This document shows positions 23,690 to 35,635 of a stretch of DNA of 64,000 nt, one piece after another (within the stretch, counting starts at the first letter, position 1; the number at the start of each line of letters is the position of its first letter). Below the pieces are notes generated by a model that saw only the letters and a list, made by a program, of their open reading frames with translations, did no database searches and was not told the DNA's origin. Position numbers and translations under genes: made by a program. The DNA comes from Felis catus (Eukaryota): the NCBI RefSeq assembly GCF_018350175.1, contig NC_058373.1, forward strand, positions 99,698,001-99,762,000. The letters run 5' to 3'.

Positions 23690-25809
23690 TTATCCCGAAT
23701 TTTTACTCTCCTTTTCTACTGGTTTTCCTTTGTCAGGTCTAAAAGTATAAATAATTTTACACCAGTATGAAAGCCTTTATTTTTCCCTCTGCCACTCAAA
23801 CTTTTAATTTCTTTCCTTCCTTTCACAGCCCAAACTCATTGCTGTTTCCAATGACTCATGGCCCATGTACTCCTCCATCTTCTGCAATCTGATAATGACT
23901 CTACTCTAGGCTCCTGAAGGTCATCAGTGACTTCCTAGTTGCCAAGCTGAATGATCTTTTCTCAGTCCTCATTTCCCTCAATCACTCTGCAATATCTAAA
24001 CTATTACACATTGTGGCAGAGACTGCTGGTTGACCACCGAATGCCCCACTCTCCCCTTCTTATCAGCACAACTCCAACCATATTCCAAGTGGTGATGTGT
24101 CCAACTAAAGGACAATATTTCTCAGCCTCTCTTGCAGAAGAGTTGGCCTTATGAAATGTAAGCTGACAAGCTTGTATTTGTTAGATTAATGCCAGCTGCT
24201 CTAACAGATAAATTCTAAATTTCCATCAGCTTAGACAACAGCATTTTTTTTCCCACACAACCCCCAAAATGTATGTTCCTGGCCAGCAGGAACCTGGCCA
24301 GCCTTTTCCATGGTCATTCAGGGAGCCAAGCTCTTTCCATATATTGGTTTACCTTTTCCTAGGACCTCAAAGTCCTTTACACTCAGCTAGCAGATGGGAA
24401 AAGTGTATGGAGGATGGCATGTAGGGCTAGAGCTCAGCTGTATGGCAACACATAATGACAAGGGAGACAGAAAAATGTAGTTTATGTGAATGCCCAAGAA
24501 GAGGAAATGGATGTGGCAGGCAACTAGCCTCAGAGCTCTGCCTCAGAGCTGAGCTAATTCAATAACGGATTCTGGCTCAGCCAAATCAGCATGCATGATT
24601 GGCAAAGGCCACAGTCCCTCTCCCTGATAGGGCACATTCCAGGCAGAAAATTTCACTTCATCAGCCCTTTAAGCCAAAGATGAACATTTCTTTTAGCCAA
24701 GTACAAGAAAAGTACAGATGAGGTTTATAGGACATATGGAGATCACAGTGTCTCACTGCCCCCATCAACAGCTCTCCTGTTCATTTCATTCACTCCGTAG
24801 ACTCTAAATCAAAGTCTTCTCCAACATTCCCTTACCATATTTCCTCACTTAGATGGTGTTTACTGACTACTCTTGATCCACGGGTTATAAGTGGCATGTC
24901 TGTGGATTATCCTTTGTTCAATTCCTATTACTTTGTAACAGGAGCACTTTTATCACAAGGTGTTCACAGAAATATGTAAAACAGATAATTTCTCCTTCTG
25001 TCTCCCCAATCACATTGAGAGCAATAATTCATTCTTAAAGTTGGAAGTTTCCAACTCTCTCAGTTGTTTGTTCTCAAGGTTTTCCTACTAAGAACGAGTG
25101 TTATTTTAAATGATTCATCTTTCATATAAATTAGCATGGACACAGAGAAAGTCAATCACAACTATTTCCTTTTGGTCTTCCTTCAGAGCCACAGACAGGT
25201 ACATGAAGCACTTTTGAGACCCAGACTTGTATTTGCATACAACTGATACTATATTTATTTAATCTGGGCTTTCTGCCTGGTACTTGAATAGAGAAGAATA
25301 TCTTAGTTCTTAGAATAAGAGATCAAAATTGTTTAAGACTCAAGAATAGAGTCTTTCAGGAAAAGGAAAAATAGAAGGTATTATGGTTATTCATTCATTC
25401 AGCAAACATTTACTGAGCGCCTATTGTGTGCCTACCAGTGTGTGCTGGGACGTGGGGGTGGAGGGACCAAGTTGAACAAGACACAGCCCCTGCCCTTGAA
25501 AGACTAACGCACAACATGCAAGCACACAACACAATGCAGTAAAATGCTATAGAGCATTTGAGGGAGCTCAAGAGAGTGGGTCACTTAGTTTTGGGGATAA
25601 GGGTGAGGAACTTATGGGAAGAATCTGAAGAAGACTGCGGAGTGATCAGAGATGAAATAAAAATCCAAGACTATGCTGAGGAAAACTAGATCAAAAATGG
25701 TATGAATTTAAAAAAAAAAAAAAGCATTGAACGCTGTGTAGGCATGGGCCCATCTTGCGTGAGGTCAACAGAAAGGTGTTTAGGGAGGCTCCTTTAAACC
25801 TGAGGTAGG

Positions 25810-26487
25810 TATAGGTGGAGCTTAAGGGCCACTGTCTGTGGATCTCAGCTGAAATGCCCATCAGCACTGTCCTGGTAGCAGTCACTGTGATGTGCTGCGC
25901 AGAACCCCTCCTGGACAAAAGGACTTATTCCTCCAGCTGCCGGCATGCAGCCCTTAGCTGTCAGCCTCCTCCTGCTTTGCCTCAAGAGAGTGGCTGCACC
26001 CACGGCCATGTGCCCTTCCCTTGGGCCCCAGCGCCTGGCCCACCCAAGGGTATTAAGGCCCTCATCCCCAACTCAGGACAATCCTGGGACCCATTTAGCT
26101 TCTGAGTTTCTGGGTGGTTTGGGTAAAGCCTTTTTTTTTTTTTAAATGTTTATTTATTTTTGAGAGACAGCATGGGGAGGAGCAGAGAGCTGGGGAGACA
26201 GAGGATCCAAAGTGGGCTCTACAGCAGCAAGCCTGAGGTGGGGCTCAAACTCATGAATCACCAGATCGTGACTTGAGCCGAAGTGTGATGCTTAACCAAT
26301 TGAGGCACCCAGGTGCCCCTGGGTAAGACCTCTTACTAAAACTGTACCACAGTGTGACTTCTCTCTCTACCCAGTCCTGCTTCTGTTCCTTCCCTTTCAC
26401 AGGTGTTAATCCAAAAGCCCTCCCTAATAAATACCCGACATGCTAATCTCCATCTCAGAGTCTGCTTCGCGGGGTACCTGCCAACAA
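25810..26487 (+). mobile_element. ERVL solo LTR (LTR16-like) with an antisense SINE inside (~26130-26320)
   Basis: 3' part …ccctccctaataaa…catgctaatctccatctcagagtctgcttc… matches an LTR16-type end. The SINE is flanked by TGGGTAA. Confidence 0.6.
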
Positions 26488-27365
26488 CTTCCTTCAGAAC
26501 CACAAGCAAAATGCCAGAAAATCTCTGTAATCAGCGAACCATCACAACCTACAGTTGAGTTAGTTCACAAATGTTATTATTCTACCATTTATTTACTCAC
26601 AGTTCATCCCCCAAAGACATTTTCAAAAATTCATGCCGATCTTTAGGGTTTAAACTACAGCCAAGCTAAAACTGAAAATATGTTTTCGCCCAAGTTCTGA
26701 ACATACAGATTCTGATCCTGATTTACACATGGACACAAAAGGTCAGCCAAGTTTGGCCAAGACACTCCCACTCCCTAAACTCTCTGAAGGATTTAGTCTC
26801 TCACTTTGGCAGCCAAAGATATCAAAATAGACTTTCTTGCTAGATAAAAGTTTGGGGGACCCTAAAAGGCTGGAACCAGAATCAGACAAAATGAAGGCTT
26901 TACTACACCACCTGCAAATTTTAGCAAACAGATGCTGAAATGACATTTGTGCAGAGTTGGCCACAAGACATCATGTGGCCCACAGAAATGTCGGGAACTG
27001 GCATGCTGTCTGACCCTGGCAGTAGTCCTGCCCCCCGACCTCTGAGCACATACAGGCTCCCTTCTTGCTCTCTCACTATACTGCCTTCTCTGCTCTTCTT
27101 TTTCTCCAAAGCAGAGGCTTACGGAATCCAAAAGAACTGGATGCCATTCAATCCTCATGACATATTAGCTATGTGAACTTGAAGAAGGGATTAACCTGAG
27201 TTTCATTCTCCTTACCTGCAAAAACAGAGATAAAACAAAACAAAAAACTTCTCTGGTGCAGTTGACAGGAATGAAAACATTAAGCCCACTGCCAGAGTGA
27301 CACAGAGCCAGGCAGAGCCATACAGAGCACGTCATAGCACCGTGCTTCATGCTAACAGGAGCCAG

Positions 27366-27898
27366 CAGTGGTTCTCACCTTTGCTGCGCCGTGGAATTGA
27401 CTGGGGAACTTCAAAAGTACTGAAGCCGGGACAACACCCCCAGAGAGTCTCATATAATTGGCTGGGGATGCTGAAGCATCAAAAATATTTAAAGTCGGGG
27501 TGCCTGGCTGGCTTAGTAGAGTGTGTGACTCTTGATCTTGGGGTTGGGAGTTCAAGCCCCACATTGGGTGGAGAGATTACTTAAAAATAAAATCTTTAAA
27601 GGGGCGCCTGGGTGGCGCAGTCGGTTAAGCGTCCGACTTCAGCCAGGTCACGATCTCGCGGTCCGTGAGTTCGAGCCCCGCGTCGGGCTCTGGGCTGATG
27701 GCTCGGAGCCTGGAGCCTGTTTCCGATTCTGTGTCTCCCTCTCTCTCTGCCCCTCCCCCGTTCACGCTCTGTCTCTCTCTGTCCCAAAAATAAATAAACG
27801 TTGAAAAAAAAAAAAAAATTAAAAAAATAAAATCTTTAAAAAAAATATTTAAAGCTCTCCAGATGATTCTAAGGTGCAGCCAAGGTTGAGAACTACTG
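27366..27898. mobile_element. MER5-like hAT MITE interrupted by two SINEs
   Basis: Ends CAGTGGTTCTCA…TTGAGAACTACTG form terminal inverted repeats. Confidence 0.65.
27601..27822 (+). mobile_element. Very young feline SINE inserted in the tail of an older short SINE (~27497-27600)
   Basis: CpG-intact. Perfect 18-bp TSD AAAAATAAAATCTTTAAA at 27583-27600 and 27823-27840. Confidence 0.96.
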
Positions 27899-28441
27899 CT
27901 TCCTGCAGATTCTTTTACATAAGCCACGTAACTACCCTATGAGTTTAGTGCAATTATCCATCCTCCCCTCATTTTTACACACAAGGAAACTGAGGTTTAG
28001 AAAGGTTAGAAGATTACTCAAGTGTACTACAGTATTAAGGGGCAAAGCTGAGGGCGGAATTCACACAGTATGACTTCTAAGACCTTACCGCCATCAGCAC
28101 ACTGCTGTGCTACCACCCCACCTACTGAATGTGGAGAACCTTCCAGCATGGCTTTGAGCATACAGAAGATACTCCACAATTGGTAGCTAATTTGTTCTTT
28201 GCTTTTTAGCTTTCCTCCTCTCCATTCTCTGCTCTTCCCAATCATCACCTGAAATATTGCTTGCAGTTGATGAAGAGTGAGGGATGGATACGAACGACTT
28301 AGAAGCATAGTCCAGAAGGATCTAGGAAAAAACTATTTTTTCCTTCTCCTCCCCTTCCTAAAACCAGGCCATGAGCACACACTTACTTTCTGTTTAAAAT
28401 GTTTTGAGATAATTATTACAGATACTATATTGGAAATATCA

Positions 28442-28612
28442 GAGCTCAAGCCCTGCGTCGGGCTCTGTGCTGACAGCTTGGAGCCTGGAGCCTGCTTAGG
28501 ATTCTGTGTCTCCTTCTCTCTCTGCCTCTCTCCCACTTGTGCTCTGTCTCTCTGTATCAAAAATAAATTAAAAAAAAAAAAAGTGTTCCTCCTACCAAAA
28601 AAAAAAAAAAAA
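28442..28612 (+). mobile_element. 5'-truncated SINE copy carrying the 3' flank of the neighbouring SINE
   Basis: SINE 3' half, A tail, GTGTTCCTCCTACC (28583-28596) and an A run. The same tag follows the SINE at 28899-29090. Confidence 0.88.
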
Positions 28613-28898
28613 TCGGAAACCCAAAAGAAAGTTTTTCTACCACCCCTTCTCAAGTCTAAGTCAATGTTTCATTTGCTTATGTTAATGTCTAGGCCTTGTC
28701 CATGAGGATATATGGTTTTTACAATTACAAAATCATAATTATATATTCAGATTTGTCTGTTCACATTATGCCATGTATACTTTTCCAAATTTGTTTTATA
28801 AGCCAATTAAGTCTCCTAATACAGCTCTGCAGATAATGAAGATAATTTCCTACATAAGTAGGCCTAAGATATTTTCATTAAAAGTGTCCCTCCTACTT

Positions 28899-29090
28899 GG
28901 GGCGCCTGGGTGGCTCCTAAGCATCCGACTTTGGCTCAGGTCGTGATCTCGCAGTTTGTGAGTTCGAGCCCCACGTTGGGCTCTGTGCTGACAGCTCGGA
29001 GCCTGGAGCCTGCTTCGGATTCTGTGTCTCCTTCTCTCTCTGCCCCTCCCCCACTTGTGCTCTGTCTCTATCAAAAATAATTTTTAAAAA
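28899..29090 (+). mobile_element. Can-SINE, putative source of the copy at 28442
   Basis: TSD AAAAGTGT(C/T)CCTCCTAC at 28880-28896 and ~29089-29105. Confidence 0.93.
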
Positions 29091-30400
29091 AAGTGTTCCT
29101 CCTACCCAAAAAAAAAAAAAAAATTAGCCTTAGTACTGTGAAAACTGATATAAAAGTTTGTAACCATGTAAAAGTCACAGGACATGACATTTGCCTTCCT
29201 TTATTTGCTATGCGTGGCTCGTGCCCACATACCTTGCCCCCATCCCTGGAACCAAAGTAAGTGCTCAAAAAATACACAATGCATGAACAAATGATACTTT
29301 TCCTGGCTGAACAGTAAATGTGTGAAATCAGACTTCTTAGGAGACTCCAAAGTGAAGCCTGAAAACTGAGCAGAGTGAACAAGAGCAAAGCGAGCAGGAA
29401 AACAGCCGGAAACCCATGGTAAAGGCCAGCTACATTAGCCAGGAGGAAACATGTGGTTTCCTGAATTGCACCCGTGCAAGGCCATCAACCTTTGAGGCAT
29501 GACATGTAAACACTGCCAAGGATCTTCAGCTCTCTCTTCAGTCACTCTTTGGAGTTCTTTGTAAAAGCTGCTTACACTTTTGGGCTCTTTTCTCCCTGTG
29601 CACTAATCTTGGAAGGAGCACAGAGGTGGAGGCAGCTGCAATGGAAGAAGAAGGCTTCAAAGAACTGGAGTAGGTATGCTTCAGAGAACCCCCTGGTCAA
29701 TGTCCTTAGAGGAGGGTTCTTAAGCTAGGCCTCCTCTGGGCACCACCGTGGGATTTCAGGAAACTGGTAACATGTGCAATTAGTGTAAATTGTGAGTGTG
29801 TGTGTTGGTGTGTATGTGTGTCTGCCTGGCTTTCTGTCTGGAAAGGAGACTTCAGATGTCATCAGATTTTGCTCTTGGTTTTAGAGCATGCTCCTTCTTC
29901 TCCACGTCATCAACTCAAGTGAGACTCTTCTAAACCCATCATTCTTCATCAAGAGCTGGAGGTGGGGATGAATGGGAGAAGGTGGAAGCCAGGGAACTCA
30001 CCCTATGGAAGGCCTTCTGTTAAATGAGTCAACAGATGAGAACAGATTCAAGAGTGCCTAACATGTATAAGGTCCCATAAATGTTGTTATTATTACTCTC
30101 TGCCAAACACTTTGGGCTTTTGCAACTTCACAACCACCCTAGAGGGCAGCATAAATCCCATATTCTATTTACAAGGAGATTTACTTAGGGTGATAGAGTA
30201 AACTAACCCAGTGCCACAGCTATCCAATTCCAAAACTATCCAATTCCAAAGCATGGACTCTTCATCTCCACCCCACAGCCCGAATTACCGGCCACACTTT
30301 CAGTCTCGGGGTGACCTCTCCAGCCACCCTTAAGACTTTCACATTGAAAGCTCGAGAGTCTTGCTCTTTCCCTGAGTCCAGCATCAAAACAGGCACTGAG

Positions 30401-30619
30401 GGGCGCCTGGGTGGCGCAGTCGGTTAAGCGTCCGACTTCAGCCAGGTCACGATCTCATGGTCCGTGAGTTCGAGCCCCGCGTCAGGCTCTGGGCTGATGG
30501 CTCGGAGCCTGGAGCCTGTTTCCGATTCTGTGTCTCCCTCTCTCTCTGCCCCTCCCCCGTTCATGCTCTGTCTCTCTCTGTTCCAAAAATAAATAAAAAA
30601 TGTTGAAAAAAAAAAAAAA
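30401..30619 (+). mobile_element. Very young feline SINE ~1.4-1.6 kb upstream of the PTGDR ATG
   Basis: Perfect TSD AAAACAGGCACTGAG at 30386-30400 and 30620-30634. Long pure A tail. Confidence 0.96.
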
Positions 30620-31309
30620 AAAACAGGCACTGAGCCTAAGAATGAGCTTCTTTAAGCCAAGCCATAATCTCTACTTGCTTGCATAATACGGTCCCAGTAA
30701 TCCTACTCAAATTCCACACTCAAAGCCAGTTGTTCACCCAGTTTATCAAGGGCTACATAAGAAAGAAATCACATGTATCACAATGAATTCCCTTGCCTCT
30801 ACTGATACAGCCAAGTCAAAGGCCAGAAGGGAAAAGTTTTCTGGTAGTCACAAACCAGAGTGAGAAAGCTCTAAACAAAGCCTACTGGTTCCTGGTTTCA
30901 AAACCCAGGCTAAAAACTGCAGTTAAATATCAGCTACTAAAAGTCTTCCCCAAGCAGGTGAAAATCCTGACAACTGCATTGCACTGATCACTACCTAGGT
31001 GTCTGCACTTTACAGATGTTGTCCCTGTGCCTCAAAAGAGCCAAGCATGCTGGCAAGGTGTTACTTCTAGAGAAGTTAAGCAAGGCTCTCAGGGTCACAA
31101 AGGCAGTGAGTAGCAGAATCAGGACTCAAACTCAGGTCTGTATGAGAACAGCATCACTGGTTTTAACCATACTCCTCCTACCGTCTACACAACCACTGTG
31201 AGTCATGGTACCCAGGGCCAGCATCTCTTCTTGTTTTTTTCTGGATCTACTTCCCTGATATCTAGCCAACCTCTCAAGAGGAGAAGGCAATGAAGCAAGA
31301 CAGATGGAC

Positions 31310-31500
31310 GGACTCTATAAATAGAAGATCTGCGTTTCAGGTCCAGTTCTGCCATTTCCTGGCTCTGTAACCTTGGATAGAGAGCACTTAACCATCCAAG
31401 GTCTCAGTTTCCTCACCTGTGCAGTGAAGATCACTGTCCACATTGCACAGACCTGGAAAACAATGCGAGCTAAGGCTTAAGTATTATGCAAATGTAAGTT
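31310..31500 (+). mobile_element. MIR in the PTGDR upstream region
   Basis: …gttctgccatttcctggctctgtaaccttggatagagagcacttaacc…tctcagtttcctcacctgt… matches the MIR core. Confidence 0.7.
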
Positions 31501-31739
31501 ACCCTTACTCCTACTTAACCCACTAATTCAACAACTGGTAGTAGCCCTTTCTCAGCCTCCCCTCCACGCTCATCTCAGAGTTCGTCTTGGGCACCACCAG
31601 AGTCCCGCCACCATCTCCTCCTCACGCCCCTCGCCCCTCTCCTCCCTTTTGGCTGTTACTTAATCTCCCTCCACTTCAGCAGCTCTCTCGCCTCGTCGGA
31701 AAGACCGGCCTTGGACGCTGGGACTTCTTTCTTTCCAAC

Positions 31740-33060
31740 TCTGGGCACGAAGGGCTTATCTCTCCTCAGGACGTCAGGGCAGCCCTCTGCGCGGCTGCTG
31801 CGGGTTCCACAATGCCTGCGCGGGGTGCGCACGCGGCCCCGCGGCCCGCCCCGAGGGGCGGGGTGTGACCAGAGAGTTTACATAGGAGGTGCCGGCAGTA
31901 GGGAACACCCCTCCGCCCGCGGAGCTTCCTCTGCAGCGCAGCCTGTTGGTCGGGGCCGCGCGCGCGCGCGGAGCCGCCGGGGGTTCCCGCCCGCGGACAC
32001 CTGGGCCCTGGCCGTGCCGCAGCCCCGCCTGCCCGCCGCGCCACCAGCCATGCGGCAGCCGCTCTACCGCTGCTACAACATCACCTCCGTGGAGAAGGGC
32101 TACTCGGCGACCATGGGCGGGGTGCTTTTCAGCGCGGGCCTCCTGGGCAACCTGCTGGCGCTGGGGCTGCTGGCTCGCTCGGGGCTGGGGTCTTGCCCGC
32201 GGCGCACGCCGCCCTCGGTCTTCTACGTGCTGGTGTGCGGCCTGACGGTCACAGACTTGCTGGGCAAATGCCTCGTGAGCCCCTTCGTGCTGGCCGCCTA
32301 CGCGCAGAACCGGAGCCTGTGGGGACTGGCGCCCGCGTCGGACAGCTCGCTGTGCCAAACCTTCGCCTTTTTCATGTCTTTCTTTGGGCTCGCCTCCACG
32401 CTGCAGCTCCTGGCCATGGCCCTGGAGTGCTGGCTCTCCCTGGGGCACCCCTTCTTCTACCGACGGCACATCACCCTGCGCCGCGGCGCGCTGGTGGCGC
32501 CCGTCGTGGGCGCCTTCTGCCTGGCTTTCTGCGCGCTGCCCTTCGCGGGCATCGGGAAGTTCGTGCAGTACTGCCCCGGCACCTGGTGCTTCATCCAGAT
32601 GGTGCACGAGGAGCGCTCGCCGTCGGTGCTGCGCTACTCAGTGCTCTACGCCAGCCTTATGGCCCTGCTGGTCCTCGCCATCGTGCTGTGCAACCTGAGC
32701 GCCATGCGCAACCTCTACGAGATGCACCGGCGGCTGCGGCGGCGCCCGCGCTCCGGCACCAGGGACCGCGCGGAGCCGGGCGCGGGCGAGAAGGAGGCGG
32801 CTGTGAAGCCCCTGGAGGAACTGGACCACCTGCTGTTGCTGGCCCTCATGACGGTGCTCTTCACTCTGTGCTCCCTGCCTTTAATAGTGAGTCGCTGCGC
32901 GCCGAGGCTGCGGTTGCGGGACCGAAGGGTGGAGCGCGTTGGACGCCGCGCAGGAGGAGTTGCGCCCTGGGCCCCGAGGGTTTGTTGGTGCGCTCCCCAG
33001 ATCGGGTCCCCTCCACAGCCCCGAGGACACAGAACCGAATTTGTTGAGCCAGAAGAGGCG
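31740..33060. promoter_or_regulatory. CpG island covering the PTGDR promoter, 5'UTR and exon 1
   Basis: Abrupt rise in GC and CpG density against a CpG-depleted background. GC box GGGGCGGGG at ~31855-31863, GATA motif (CTTATCT) at 31755-31761, CRE-like GGACGTCA at 31769-31776. Confidence 0.85.
32050..32886 (+). CDS. PTGDR: Prostaglandin D2 receptor (DP1) coding exon 1, TM1 to most of TM6, 279 codons
   Basis: ATG in Kozak context (ccagccATGc). Translation [17 protein letters not shown]...[15 protein letters not shown]...[13 protein letters not shown]...[12 protein letters not shown]...[17 protein letters not shown] contains the prostanoid-receptor PGTWCF motif and the DP-type ECW in place of DRY. 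Ends at a phase-0 donor ATA|GTGAGT. Confidence 0.97.
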
Positions 33061-34103
33061 GAAACAAAGAAAGGAAGGCAAAGACGGAGTCTGAAAGTGT
33101 CTCCCTAGCTCCGCAGAACCTCTCCAGTTAGCAGTACCCTCTCCTCTCTCCTTCCCTCTGGGAGGATCTCGGGGCTATTTTAGCACCTCAGCATTTGAGG
33201 AGCAGAATTTGGTTCCTCTTTCCAGAGGGCTAGGTAATGTTTTATTTCGTAGACCCGCCCATAATTTTAGTGGCGTCAGAAATGGGCGAATGCACCTGGG
33301 AGTTTTTCCCCAGGTGTTGGCGTGGAAAGACTAAGGGAAGGTGTAATCCTGCCAGAACCTGCCGGAGTGATTTGCAGAAATGAGAGACTAAAGATAGATT
33401 TAGTTTTTAAAAATTCTCAAGTAATCTTTGAGGAGTGGCAGCTGCTGTTCCCGGTTGGGGGGCGGGGTGCGGGTGGCCATAGAGGCAGAGGGGCTGTTAG
33501 GACAGGCAGGTGTGTACTCGAGGTTCAGCCTGTCGTTTGGACAACCTGCCTTGACAGGTTTTGTTTTTATCTTGGCAGGCGAGGTGACGGGAAAGCCATT
33601 ATCTCCGGTTTCAGTTTACTAATGGGGGTGGTGGTGGCGATAGAAGTACCTGGTAGCTGTGAAGGTGTTTCCTCCTGGGATCCCGGCTAAGACATTTTAG
33701 GAGCAACCGAGGTTGAGAGAGCTTTTTCAGGGTTGCTCCTGTCCCTTTCCCCCATGCTCAGTGTCCTTGTTCAACATGATATACATTTAAGTAAATTCAT
33801 TGCCAACAATGCCTTTGAAGGCTGAGACGTCTGTGAGTAGGTAGCAATGTAGCAATTTTGGATGTTACTTTTAAGATTGGAGGAAGGTGGAATATAATGC
33901 AATTTTCCTTAAATGAAGGCCTTAACGTGTGGGAAAAGAGTTGTCTGTGGCATCATCATGCAGGGTTAAGCTCAGAATTCCCCAAAAGAAATAAATACAT
34001 CTATATAGAAGGAGATCAGGTATAGGCATAGATATGTAACAGTGGTTCTGAAACATTGGCTGGCTCAAAGTCACCAACAGAGCTTTTAAAATCATAGATG
34101 GCA

Positions 34104-34308
34104 GGGCGCCTGGGTGGCTCAGTCAGTTGAGCCTTGGACTCTTGATTTTGGGTGTCGTGATCTCAGTTTGTGGGTTCAAGCTCCATGTCAGGCCCTGTGC
34201 TAACAGCGTGGAACCTGCTTAGGATTCTGTCTCCCTCCCTCTCTCTCTCTCTCTCTGCCCCTCCCCCACTTGCTCTCTCAAAAATAAACCTAAGGAAAAA
34301 AAAAAACA
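34104..34308 (+). mobile_element. Can-SINE in the PTGDR intron, inside a MER5-like element (~34040-34640)
   Basis: GGGCGCCTGGGTGGCTCAG head, CT tract and A tail. Confidence 0.9.
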
Positions 34309-34374
34309 ACCCACAGATGCCTGGGCCCTATCCCCCATCGTTTCTAATTCAGATGTTTTTGAAGAATTCTTATT

Positions 34375-34567
34375 TATTTTTTTACTTATTTATTTTTGAG
34401 AGAGGGAATGAGAGAGTGCAGTGGAGGGAGAGAGAGAGAGAATCCCAAGCAGGCTTCACACTGTCAGTGCAGAGCCCAACGCAGGCCTGTATCCCACAAA
34501 CCATGAGATCATGACCTGAGCTGAAACCAAGAGTCCCACTTTCAACCAAATGAGCCACCCAGGCGCC
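34375..34567 (-). mobile_element. Can-SINE in the PTGDR intron
   Basis: TSD TGAAGAATTCTTATT at 34360-34374 and 34568-34582. Confidence 0.93.
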
Positions 34568-34649
34568 TGAAGAATTCTTATTCTTAAGTTCTCGGGTGAG
34601 GTGAAAGCGGCTGATCCAGGGATATCATCTGGAGAACCATACTCTAAAA

Positions 34650-35028
34650 CAGGAGTTGGCAAATCACAGCCCACAGTCCAAATCCATCCTGCCCACTGTT
34701 TTTGCACAGCTGGCGAATTAAGAATAGTTTTTACAAATGAACTGATTTTACAAATCAATTTGATGGTAGTATGCAGGAACTCTAAACCCCAATTAACTCA
34801 AATACTGTTCCAAGAAAAAAAAGACTTTCATTTTTCTCGATAGTAGACGTCACTTACCCCAAAAATGTACTTAATTATTATACATTTTTAATTTCATCAG
34901 TGAAAATTGTGGAAATGTGTTTTCTTGTTATATAAGTACCTACCAAATACTCACTATTTGCCTCTTGACCTGTAAAATGTAAAATATTTACTGTTGGACC
35001 CTTTACAGAGAAAGTTCACAGACTCCTG
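34650..35028. mobile_element. hAT-Charlie MITE (MER58-like)
   Basis: Ends CAGGAGTTGGCAAA…AGACTCCTG. 8-bp TSD CTCTAAA(A/G) at 34642-34649 and 35029-35036. Confidence 0.8.
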
Positions 35029-35256
35029 CTCTAAAGTAATAGCCTTACTTACCTGCGCTGTGAAAAAGCAGACAATAGCCAAATGCATGGATGTTATGTC
35101 CTCATTTTGAATGTTTTAGTAACAATAATGTCGAAAAGAACATAATACAGCATAATACACAAGAGCATTGCATTTGGACATGTGTCTCAGGGGAACTGAA
35201 TAACTTATACGAGATTGTGAGGATGGAAGGAAATAATGGATTTGAAAATGATTTTA

Positions 35257-35635
35257 GGGATGCCTGGGTGGCTCAGTTGGTGAAGCGTCCAACTCTTGAT
35301 TTTGGCTCAGGTCATGATCTCAAGGTCGTGAGATCAAACCCTGTGTTGGGGCTCTGGACTGGGTGTGGAGCTTGCCTAAGATTGATTCTCTCTCTCCCTG
35401 GGCTCCTGGGTGGCTTAGTTGGTTAAGCCCATGGCTCTTGATTCCAGTTCAGGTCAGGATTTTAAGGTTTGTGAAATCAAGCCCTGCATTGGGCTCTGCA
35501 CTGACAGCACAGAGCCTGCTTGGGATTCTTTCTCTCTCCCTCTCCCTCTGCCCATCCCCCTCCCCCACCCCACTCATGTGCTTGCATTCTCTCATGCTCT
35601 CTCTCACTAAAAAGAAATAAGAAAAGAAAAGAAAA
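35257..35635 (+). mobile_element. Two fused or adjacent Can-SINEs
   Basis: Heads at ~35257 and ~35399. A single A-rich tail at ~35610-35635. Confidence 0.85.

Noticed and set aside
26740..27020. Possible ancient hAT-type MITE
   Set aside because: Only vague resemblance; I could not define convincing TIRs or a TSD.
27601..27700. tRNA genes suggested by A/B-box motifs in SINE heads
   Set aside because: These are tRNA-derived Can-SINE heads that continue into CT tracts and poly(A) with TSDs.
31812..31868. 18-codon upstream ORF of PTGDR
   Set aside because: Probably upstream of or overlapping the core promoter (GC box at ~31855). The TSS is unknown, so it cannot be supported.
31774..33047. 277-aa antisense ORF and 284-aa alternate-frame ORF over exon 1
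   Set aside because: Expected shadow ORFs of a GC-rich coding exon; low-complexity Ala/Arg/Pro/Gly with no recognisable domain.
31711..33108. 465-aa ORF as a single-exon gene with a long N-terminal extension
   Set aside because: It starts at a non-ATG codon in GC-rich promoter DNA. The receptor-like sequence begins at ATG 32050 and splices at 32886 to exon 2.
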